32,342 nucleotides of DNA from Candidatus Micrarchaeota archaeon (GCA_028867845.1 JAGWFU010000001.1:1-32342); one strand, 5' to 3'. Shown: positions 14,762 to 21,028, counted from the stretch's first letter. Notes: generated by a model from the letters alone, not told the origin. Program-made: numbers and translations.

Positions 14762-15076
14762 TTACTAGGCCGGTTAGGTATCGCACTCAGACAGCAACTG
14801 ACTACTTCTCCTCTCCAAGGATCAGCTATCGCAGCGGGGTGCGGAGCAGTAACCAAGAGCTCTAAGGACATCCCGATACTCGTGAGGGGTTGAGCCCACA
14901 GGGAAGGGGGCACAATCAATACTTATCCCACATGCGCCCTGTGTGTCAAATACGGGGCGACGGGAGCTCCTGCAACTATCAAGGCTGCACTGACAACGGT
15001 AGTGCAGGAGACTGAGGCACAGCCATAATAGCTTTCGACGCCCTTGGGCACGGAAACCCATAGATGATGCCCGATA

Positions 15077-15087
15077 CTATTTTTAAG
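15077..15087 (+). promoter_or_regulatory. Putative TATA box for fibrillarin
   Basis: CTATTTTTAAG is centred about 30 nt upstream of ATG 15114. Confidence 0.45.
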
Positions 15088-15113
15088 ATGAGCATGCAAA
15101 GCTGTATGATTAG

Positions 15114-15770
15114 ATGGCGGTAAAGCGGCTCTTCGAGAACGTCTATCTGATAGACGGGAAGCTGGCCACCCCGAACCTGAAGAGGGGCAAGAGGGTATAC
15201 AACGAGGAGCTGGTGCAGGTCGACAGCACAGAGTACAGGCTGTGGAACCCCTACAGGAGCAAGCTCGCCGCTGCGATACTCAACGGCATGAAGAACATGT
15301 CGATAAAGGAGGGCTCGGACGTGCTCTACGTGGGAGCGGCGACGGGCACCACGGTCAGCCACGTGAGCGACATAGTCAAGGGGGGCAGCGTCTTCGCCGT
15401 GGAGCTGGCGGAGAGGAACATGAGGAACCTGTTGGAGCTCTGCGACGCCAGGGACAATATAATGCCCATACTCTCCGATGCGAGGCAGACCGAGAACTAC
15501 GAGTCCGTCGTGGGCAAGGTGGACGTCATGTACCAGGACGTATCGGCGAAGGAGCAGGCCGCCATTCTGCTTGCCAACAGCAGGTTCCTGAAGGAGGGAG
15601 GCATAGCATACTTCATAATAAAGTCGCAGAGCGTAGACATATCGAAGAGGCCGAAGGAGGTGTACGAGCAGGAGCTGAAGCTGCTCGAGGGTGCCTTCAA
15701 GATAGAGGAGCGCATAAGCCTAGAGCCCTATGACTCTATGCATCTGTTCGCGGTGCTGAGGAAGGTGTGA
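15114..15770 (+). CDS. flpA: Fibrillarin-like rRNA/tRNA 2'-O-methyltransferase
   Basis: 218 aa. YRLWNPYRSKLAAAILNG, the SAM-binding VLYVGAATGTTVSHVSDIV, and DVMYQDVSAKEQAAIL are hallmark fibrillarin motifs. Confidence 0.92.
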   Translation: MAVKRLFENVYLIDGKLATPNLKRGKRVYNEELVQVDSTEYRLWNPYRSKLAAAILNGMKNMSIKEGSDVLYVGAATGTTVSHVSDIVKGGSVFAVELAERNMRNLLELCDARDNIMPILSDARQTENYESVVGKVDVMYQDVSAKEQAAILLANSRFLKEGGIAYFIIKSQSVDISKRPKEVYEQELKLLEGAFKIEERISLEPYDSMHLFAVLRKV

Positions 15771-15772
15771 GG

Positions 15773-16594
15773 ATGGACCAGAGGAGGTACATGGATTATA
15801 TCTCAAAGTTTGCCACAGCTACGCGGCTCCTCTGCATACACTGTGGGGCAGAGACCCCATCATTGGGGCAGTTCTCCCTATGCTCAGCGTGCGAGAACAT
15901 AGTCGACACAACTGCTGACGCGGCGGCAAAGACGCCAGCAATGGCAGACTCGATAAGGCAGATAAAGGCTCTTGTCGACTCGGGGAATTTCGACGCTGCG
16001 ATTGCGGCATACAAGGGAATAGACCCGACGATGGAGGAGCCGGCACTGCTGTACGCGCTGGCGCTGCTGTACATAAGATACTCCAACAGCGTGCTCGGCG
16101 GAGTCAATTACACAAAGCAGGGATTCATGTACGAGAACATCGATATGCGGGACAGGTCGCTGGCACTGATATCGCTGTCGAAGAGGATGCTTGCCAGGGC
16201 GATAGTGCTTCTCACTGCATCTCTTGCAAAAGGAGAGGAGTACAGGCAGCGTTACCTCCTGCTGCTGTGCCAGATTAAGTTCGGGAAGATCAGGGGAGCA
16301 AGCGAGAGCATTGAGGCACTGAAGAAGTCCAGCCAGCCCGCATTGGCGTCCTACGCATCCCTTCTGCTTGACGCGAAGAGCGGAGAGATGGAGCCCATGC
16401 GCGCGGCCATCGAAGAGATGGAGAGATCGGGAAACATATTCGTTAATACCTTATTTTACGATGCGTACTTGGACTTGAAGGAGAGGAAGGCGGATTCTGC
16501 AAGAATGAAGCTTGCTGCGCTCTCGGCGTACTCGGAGAGCCAGAGTATTGAGGCCTTGATGGAAGAGATAAAGGAGGCCTTGGACCCGCAGTGA
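15773..16594 (+). CDS. Hypothetical protein: N-terminal zinc ribbon plus an all-helical (TPR-like) body
   Basis: ATG 15773 is 2 nt after the fibrillarin stop, and the alternative GTG 15767 overlaps it. The zinc ribbon is CIHCGAETPSLGQFSLCSAC. The rest is predicted helical with TPR-like A/L/Y periodicity. No Nop domain motifs were seen. Confidence 0.6.
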   Translation: MDQRRYMDYISKFATATRLLCIHCGAETPSLGQFSLCSACENIVDTTADAAAKTPAMADSIRQIKALVDSGNFDAAIAAYKGIDPTMEEPALLYALALLYIRYSNSVLGGVNYTKQGFMYENIDMRDRSLALISLSKRMLARAIVLLTASLAKGEEYRQRYLLLLCQIKFGKIRGASESIEALKKSSQPALASYASLLLDAKSGEMEPMRAAIEEMERSGNIFVNTLFYDAYLDLKERKADSARMKLAALSAYSESQSIEALMEEIKEALDPQ

Positions 16595-16600
16595 TTCAAT

Positions 16601-17203
16601 TCACTGCTTGTAGGAGATTGATACCTGGTTGTTGTAAAGAAGCGCGTTCTGCGTGAGCAGCGCCCGTACAGTCACGCCTATGATTGAGTTTATCGGTATG
16701 AGCGGCGTGAAGTTCAGCGGGTATGTGCCGTTTATCGGCACAGCAAACTCCTGACTGCCAACGAGGAGGTTCGACTTGCCGGTCAATCTTGCGTTGGCAG
16801 TGGCCATGATCGTTATTGCGTTGGTCGAGTTAAGTTGACTGTAGAGCGTCTGCTGGAGCGAGTACGCGCTAATCCCCCCCAAAACGATCTCGTACTCGGC
16901 GCCGTTGCTTATGTAGTTCTGGATGGTCCCGCTGTTCCTCAGAGCCGAGAGAGTGCCGAGAACTGAGTTTGTGACCTCGGGGCTGTTCGAGTTGATCCCC
17001 AGCATCGCAGTGCTGGAGTAGCCGGCTATGACCACGTTGGCAGTGCCCGCTGCGAAGAAGCTCTGCTCCTGTATCGAGCTGGTAGTGGAGCTTGAAGCCA
17101 CTGCTGGCGCGTTGCTGCTGATCCCGAGGTAGGAGAATATGAACATCAGCCCTATGAAGACGGAGCCAGCAAACAGCAGCTTCTTCTTTCTCTTCTCCTC
17201 CAT
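16601..17203 (-). CDS. Hypothetical exported or membrane-anchored protein
   Basis: 200 aa. Basic N-terminus plus hydrophobic helix (MEEKRKKKLLFAGSVFIGLMFIFSYLG), then a Ser/Thr/Asn-rich mature part. It starts 7 nt downstream of the FKBP gene on the same strand. Confidence 0.6.
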   Translation of the reverse strand: MEEKRKKKLLFAGSVFIGLMFIFSYLGISSNAPAVASSSTTSSIQEQSFFAAGTANVVIAGYSSTAMLGINSNSPEVTNSVLGTLSALRNSGTIQNYISNGAEYEIVLGGISAYSLQQTLYSQLNSTNAITIMATANARLTGKSNLLVGSQEFAVPINGTYPLNFTPLIPINSIIGVTVRALLTQNALLYNNQVSISYKQ

Positions 17204-17210
17204 GCGCGCT

Positions 17211-17852
17211 TCAGCTCTTCTGCTTCGCCTCCTCAGGCCTCACGTACTCTTCGTCGATGTCCACCTTGCCCACGTTCTTGAAGTAGGTGAAGATGCCAGC
17301 GACAAGGTTGGCCTTGCCCATGAAATAATCAGCGTTCTTCTTTACCGAGTTGTCGAAGCTCAGCCTGACATCCTTGTCCTTCACATCGATCTTTGTTACA
17401 TCAAGGCCGGTCATCTTGCCGAGTGCAGATATCTTCTCCTTGTCGTCGGTGAGGTTCTTCACTACCTTGACCTCGTATGTTATCTCCCTGCCCGCGAGCG
17501 GGTGGTTTGCGTCCACTACCACTCTTCCGGAGTTGACGCTCTTCACTATCGCGGTCATGTTGTCCAGGTTCACCTGAAGACCCGGATACGGATCTATATC
17601 GTGCTTCCTGAACTCCGCAATCGGCATTATCCTGACGAGGTCCTCCATGCGCTCGCCGAACGCCTCATCGGGCTTAAATGTGGCCTTCTTGCTCTCGTTG
17701 ATGCCCATAGAGTGCAGCTCCCTGTCGAGCCCCTTTATCACTCCCTTGCTGCCCAGAACCACGAGCACCGGCCCGTAGCTGTTCTCCTTCTCGTGGGGCG
17801 CAGGCAGCGTGCACTCCTGCGTCGTCAACGCGATAGTGCTGGACACCTCCAC
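17211..17852 (-). CDS. Long-type archaeal FKBP (SlyD-like peptidyl-prolyl isomerase with IF/flap and C-terminal domains). The N-terminal strands are replaced, so it may be a pseudogene or a chimera.
   Basis: YGPVLVVLGSKGVIKGLDRELHSMGINESKKATFKPDEAFGE...IMPIAEF...GLQVNLDNMTAIVKSVNSGRVVVDANHPLAGREITYEVKVVKNL aligns by eye with archaeal FKBPs from about residue 45 onward. The ~30-40 N-terminal residues (..GD.V...Y.G....G.VFDTS..) are absent. The first ~23 codons of the ORF are the antisense of the adhesin-gene remnant at 17784-18026. Confidence 0.65.
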   Translation of the reverse strand: MEVSSTIALTTQECTLPAPHEKENSYGPVLVVLGSKGVIKGLDRELHSMGINESKKATFKPDEAFGERMEDLVRIMPIAEFRKHDIDPYPGLQVNLDNMTAIVKSVNSGRVVVDANHPLAGREITYEVKVVKNLTDDKEKISALGKMTGLDVTKIDVKDKDVRLSFDNSVKKNADYFMGKANLVAGIFTYFKNVGKVDIDEEYVRPEEAKQKS

Positions 17853-18026
17853 GATAAGAGGGGGGCCTGCAAGACAAACAACGTCTACTGCAGCGCGAGC
17901 CAGAACTCCACAATAACAATCAACTGCACGCCCCAGTACTACCTCACCGAGTCCGCAAGTCCGTCCGCCGGCGGCTCTGGCATTGTGGTAATAGCGTACA
18001 ACTCCCTAGGCAACGGGAATCCATAG
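17784..18026 (+). pseudogene. Chimeric, frameshifted remnant of a pilin-like adhesin paralogue: an A-type internal segment fused to a B-type C-terminus
   Basis: 17784-17975 is about 80-85% identical by eye to 13051-13242 of the 12143-14761 gene (SFSWGAGSVHSCVVNAIVLDTSTIR / GACKTNNVYCSASQNSTITINCTPQYYLTESASPSAGGS versus TFSWGAGSVHSCVVNAIVPDTSTIRGACKTTGVYCSANSNAVITINCTPQYYLTESASPPAGGS). A 2-nt insertion sits at the AAGAGGGGGG run (about 17858-17866). From about 17976 it continues as GIVVIAYNSLGNGNP*, matching the last residues of the 18279-19934 gene (GIVIIAYNALGNGTP*), also at the nucleotide level. Confidence 0.8.
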
Positions 18027-18241
18027 ACGTCCCCCCTCTCTGTCGTATCCCGCTAATATCTCCCCTCTTTAAGTCTTTACCCACAAGAAGAATGCCCAAC
18101 CGCTTGTGGCGTGGTTAAGGAACGAAGCTAGAGTACTTCGTGCCTGCCGCTATCCGATGCCCCGCCCCTTGGGATGGGGTTATCCACTTCTGTCGGGAAG
18201 AAATTCTGGCGGGACAACACACAAAGCCAGTATCGCCGTAA

Positions 18242-18252
18242 GATTATTAAAC
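18242..18252 (+). promoter_or_regulatory. Putative TATA box for the second pilin-like gene
   Basis: GATTATTAAAC is centred about 30 nt upstream of ATG 18279. This favours ATG 18279 over the in-frame ATG 18174. Confidence 0.35.
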
Positions 18253-18278
18253 TGTTACAGATAAGGCATATAGATTTG

Positions 18279-19934
18279 ATGGGGGGGGGAAAGGGCAAAC
18301 GGCTGAAACAGCAGTCGGCGCTGGAGCTGCTCACAACCTACTCGTGGGCCCTCCTGATAATCGCCATATTCGTGGCGGCAGTCGCAGTGATAAACAGCGC
18401 AAGGCCTGCGACCAACTATCTCGCATCCTCATGTTCAATAGAGCCACTTCTCCTGTGCACCCAGACCCTTCTCAACTACAACGCGATAAGCCCGATAAAA
18501 TTCACAATCCTCTTCCAGAATAACTTAGGGCAGACGATGTACTTCCCACTCAACTCGATCAACATAACTGTGACGAACATAGGCAACAAGGGAGTGACAT
18601 ACTCGAAGGGCAACTGCACCCCCTCCCTTGCACTGCAGGGCACGCCGATACTTTGCAGCGCCTACATACCCGGTACGTTCAAGCCCGCGATAGGAACGCA
18701 GGAGACCATACTGTTCTCGCTGAACTACCAATTGTGCAGGACCAACGCGCCCTCCTCCTGCGCCTCGACGCAGTACAGGACGGCCGGCCAGTCGTCGCAG
18801 ACCATGGCGCCCTCGGCAACCGTGTTCCACACGCTGAAGATAACTGCGAGTCCAACCTCGGGGTTCGTGAACCTCAACGGGGTGACATATCTCAACAACG
18901 CCAACGTCCTGCTTCTCACCAACAACTACAACGTGTACGCGATACCACCATCGGGGTACAAGTTCTCCTCTTGGGGAATCAGTGTGGGGGCAGGAGGCGG
19001 GACCTCAAGCGTCGTATCCAGCTCCACGCAGAACACGATACTCAATCTGGGGTCCAACGCGACCCTGACCGCCAACTTCGGCACCTTGCCGACTACGAGC
19101 ACGGTGACCCTGACTTCTACGTCAACGGCCTCAACCTCATCAACAACTACGTCATCGACTACAACAACCACCATATTCGCTGCTACCTGCGGAGGGAGCG
19201 CCAGCTCTTCATCCGGCAACACGATCTGCACATTTACCTCGAGCGGAACGTTCACACCTAACGGCGCAGGAAATGTTGCGGTTCTTGTAGTTGCGGGCGG
19301 AGGCGGCGGCGGAAAGTCTGGATTCGGAGGTGGAGGTGGGGGAGGCGTAGTCTATGCTTCATCGTATGCTGTAAGTAGTGTTGCTTACAGTGTTACAGTG
19401 GGCGGCGGCGGAAGTGGCGCGTACGATAATAACGGAATCAGCTCTGTATTCAGTACCATAACGGCAATTGGGGGTGGAGGAGCTTCAGGCCAAAACGGCG
19501 GTTCTGGGGGCGGATGTATGGGATGTAGTGCAGGAGGAACATCAATACAAGGAAACAGCGGCGGCGGAACCGGATATGGAAATAACGGTGCTGGAGTCTT
19601 AGATGAGTCCCATAGTGGCGGTGGTGGCGGTGCTGGGAGCCCGGGTAGTGCTGGATCTCCAGGAGCAGGCGGTGCAGGCGGATCCGGTATGGCATTTAGC
19701 ATTTCAGGTTCCGTGGTGTATTATGCCGGTGGAGGAGGGGGAATTTATGGTGGTGCTGGAGGTTCTGGGGGCGGAGGGAATGGCGTAGCCACCAATGGCA
19801 ACAATGGCTTTCCAGGAACTGCAAATACAGGCGGAGGCGGGGGCGCCGGAGGAGCAAGCGGAGATAATGGAGGAGATGGGGGATCTGGCATAGTCATAAT
19901 AGCGTACAACGCCCTTGGCAACGGCACTCCCTAA
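18279..19934 (+). CDS. Type IV pilin-like (class III signal peptide) surface protein with one InlB-B-repeat-like module, a Ser/Thr linker and a C-terminal polyglycine-rich domain (Gly_rich / ALK-LTK GRD-like)
   Basis: The N-terminus is MGGGKGKRLKQ|QSALELLTTYSWALLIIAIFVAAVAVI (Q-x-S-x-E motif plus hydrophobic helix). The pilin-like head has paired Cys. The B-repeat-like unit is GYKFSSWGISVGAGGGTSSVVSSSTQNTILNLGSNATLTANF. The linker is TSTVTLTSTSTASTSSTTTSSTTTTT. Then comes CTFTSSGTFTPNGAGNVAVLVVAGGGGGG....GGGGGGVVYAS...Y.VTVGGGG......GGGG...GGSGGG...YAGGGGG...NTGGGGGAGG...GGDGGSGIVIIAYN. This is the strand/poly-Gly alternation I recall for the 'glycine rich protein' family that includes the ALK/LTK glycine-rich domain. 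The track ORF starts at the in-frame ATG 18174. Confidence 0.8.
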   Translation: MGGGKGKRLKQQSALELLTTYSWALLIIAIFVAAVAVINSARPATNYLASSCSIEPLLLCTQTLLNYNAISPIKFTILFQNNLGQTMYFPLNSINITVTNIGNKGVTYSKGNCTPSLALQGTPILCSAYIPGTFKPAIGTQETILFSLNYQLCRTNAPSSCASTQYRTAGQSSQTMAPSATVFHTLKITASPTSGFVNLNGVTYLNNANVLLLTNNYNVYAIPPSGYKFSSWGISVGAGGGTSSVVSSSTQNTILNLGSNATLTANFGTLPTTSTVTLTSTSTASTSSTTTSSTTTTTIFAATCGGSASSSSGNTICTFTSSGTFTPNGAGNVAVLVVAGGGGGGKSGFGGGGGGGVVYASSYAVSSVAYSVTVGGGGSGAYDNNGISSVFSTITAIGGGGASGQNGGSGGGCMGCSAGGTSIQGNSGGGTGYGNNGAGVLDESHSGGGGGAGSPGSAGSPGAGGAGGSGMAFSISGSVVYYAGGGGGIYGGAGGSGGGGNGVATNGNNGFPGTANTGGGGGAGGASGDNGGDGGSGIVIIAYNALGNGTP

Positions 19935-19962
19935 TTGCGTTCTCTACAAAGCCCAGGTCGCA

Positions 19963-19978
19963 GAAAGCCTTAAATAGC
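19963..19978 (+). promoter_or_regulatory. Putative BRE/TATA promoter for the rpl7ae-rps28e-rpl24e operon
   Basis: GAAAGCCTTAAATAGC has the same consensus as the other promoters here. It lies about 70-95 nt upstream of the candidate L7Ae starts, implying a leader that contains a 7-bp hairpin (20014-20030). Confidence 0.35.
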
Positions 19979-20069
19979 TTAACGAGACAATACTTATCAC
20001 CTGCAAGCGCGGGTCCTTTATCCTAAAGGAAAGTAATACTGGATGAAGTACAGACCGACGGTGTTATAC

Positions 20070-20531
20070 ATGGCAAAATCCTACGTGGAATTCGAAGTAT
20101 CTAGTGAAGTCGTCGCGAAGACGTACGAGGCCCTGCAGATGGCAAGGCAGACGGGAACGATAAGGAAGGGGGCCAACGAGGTCACCAAGAGCGTCGAGAG
20201 GGGGCTCGCCACATTCGTGGTGATGGCCGGAGACGTGGAGCCCGAGGAGGTCGTGGTCCACATACCCAGCCTCTGCAAGCAGAAGAAGATAGCATACTCA
20301 TATGTCCCGAGCAAGGCAGAGCTCGGCAAGGCGATAGGCATGAACGTCCCCTGCACCGCGATAGCCGTGGAGAAGGAGGGCAACGCCGCATCGCACCTCA
20401 AGGACATAAAGGCCAAGATATCAGGCTCTGCTCCGAAGGAGGCGAAGGCCGAGGCACCTGCAGCGCCGAAGGCTGAGAAGCCTGCGGCAAAGAAGCAGGA
20501 GAAGAAGGAAGAGGCCAAGCCTGCAGAATAA
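20070..20531 (+). CDS. rpl7ae: 50S ribosomal protein L7Ae (K-turn binding) with a C-terminal Lys/Ala/Pro/Glu-rich extension
   Basis: MAKSYVEFEVSSEVVAKTYEALQMARQTGTIRKGANEVTKSVERGLATFVVMAGDVEPEEVVVHIPSLCKQKKIAYSYVPSKAELGKAIG is canonical L7Ae. GGTG lies 9 nt upstream of ATG 20070. The track ORF starts at the in-frame ATG 20043, which is an alternative. Confidence 0.9.
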   Translation: MAKSYVEFEVSSEVVAKTYEALQMARQTGTIRKGANEVTKSVERGLATFVVMAGDVEPEEVVVHIPSLCKQKKIAYSYVPSKAELGKAIGMNVPCTAIAVEKEGNAASHLKDIKAKISGSAPKEAKAEAPAAPKAEKPAAKKQEKKEEAKPAE

Positions 20532-20549
20532 TACTGAACAAATGATCGC

Positions 20550-20801
20550 ATGGCGGACCAGCAGCAATCCCAGCCCCAACAGGGCCCGCAGCTCGCGGGT
20601 TTCCTAGCCGAGATAGTGGACATAAACACCGAGGCGAAGACGGGGATATCGGGCGAGATATACTCTGTGTCGTGCAGGATACTCGAGGGCAACGACAAGG
20701 GCAGGATAATAAGGAGGAACGTGCTGGGCCCGATAAAGATCGGCGACATAGTGAGGCTGCCGGACACGAGCAGGGAGGCAAGGGAGATAAAGGTAAAGTG
20801 A
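20550..20801 (+). CDS. rps28e: 30S ribosomal protein S28e (with a Gln-rich N-terminal extension)
   Basis: AEIVDINTEAKTGISGEIYSVSCRILEGNDKGRIIRRNVLGPIKIGDIVRLPDTSREAREI matches the S28e OB-fold pattern (...R.I.RNV.GP...GDI..L....REAR.). It sits in the conserved position after rpl7ae. Confidence 0.9.
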   Translation: MADQQQSQPQQGPQLAGFLAEIVDINTEAKTGISGEIYSVSCRILEGNDKGRIIRRNVLGPIKIGDIVRLPDTSREAREIKVK

Positions 20802-20813
20802 CCCGGTGACCAC

Positions 20814-20978
20814 ATGAAGTGCAACTACTGCCAGAAGGAGATAAGGAAGGGCACGGGCACCATGTTCGTCTACACCACAGGGGCCATCAGCTACTTCTGC
20901 TCCAACAGGTGCTACAAGACGACTATCTTCACTAAGAGGAAGATAAACCCGAAGCTCACGCGCACTGCAAAGAAGTGA
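20814..20978 (+). CDS. rpl24e: 50S ribosomal protein L24e
   Basis: Not in the ORF track (54 aa). My translation is MKCNYCQKEIRKGTGTMFVYTTGAISYFCSNRCYKTTIFTKRKINPKLTRTAKK. The zinc-ribbon pattern C..C....G.G.....dG....FCS.kC and the conserved operon position support the call. Confidence 0.85.
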   Translation: MKCNYCQKEIRKGTGTMFVYTTGAISYFCSNRCYKTTIFTKRKINPKLTRTAKK

Positions 20979-20984
20979 GCAGGG

Positions 20985-21000
20985 CGAAAGGTATTTAGAA
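20985..21000 (+). promoter_or_regulatory. Putative BRE/TATA promoter
   Basis: CGAAAGGTATTTAGAA lies about 32 nt upstream of ATG 21029. Confidence 0.35.
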
Positions 21001-21028
21001 ATGTTTTACCCATTACCCTTGGGTCTGC

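Noticed and set aside
14822-15061. A 79-aa Cys-rich ORF on the minus strand in the long gap upstream of fibrillarin.
   Set aside because: Arg is encoded mostly by CGN codons (CGT/CGC/CGA/CGG), whereas genuine genes here use AGG/AGA. There is no promoter-like element and no recognisable family. The region is better treated as possible structured RNA.
14762-15076. Assigning the GC-rich gap specifically as SRP RNA or RNase P RNA.
   Set aside because: Only a weak stem-loop-AGCA resemblance to SRP helix 8 was found. There is no GNAR tetraloop, no clear 5'/3' terminal helix and no RNase P CR-I/CR-V motifs (GGAAAGUCC, ACAGAA). It is kept only as an unassigned candidate in the findings.
15061-15113. 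A possible box C/D sRNA next to fibrillarin (GATGATG at 15063-15069, GATGAG at 15087-15092, TGAT at 15107-15110).
   Set aside because: No properly spaced CUGA D/D' boxes and no terminal stem are present. The segment also contains the fibrillarin TATA box and would overlap its transcription start.
17139-18026. A 295-aa plus-strand ORF spanning the FKBP locus.
   Set aside because: Most of it is simply the antisense frame of the FKBP gene. Only its last ~55 codons (GACKTNN...GNGNP) correspond to real adhesin-derived sequence, and these are annotated instead as a pseudogene remnant.
18027-18278. A possible tRNA or small RNA between the adhesin remnant and the second pilin-like gene (a 6-bp hairpin ACGAAG-N8-CTTCGT at about 18120-18139, and CCCC-N7-GGGG at about 18164-18178).
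   Set aside because: I could not build a cloverleaf on either strand: there is no T-arm/GTTC-like loop, no matching acceptor stem, and the loop is 8 nt. It is probably leader, promoter or decayed sequence.
20014-20030. A hairpin (TCCTTTA-TCC-TAAAGGA) in the L7Ae leader as a K-turn autoregulatory element.
   Set aside because: L7Ae autoregulation through a 5'-UTR K-turn is known in some archaea. This hairpin, however, has no 3-nt bulge with tandem G.A/A.G pairs, and I found no C/D-like UGAUGA...CUGA pairing nearby.
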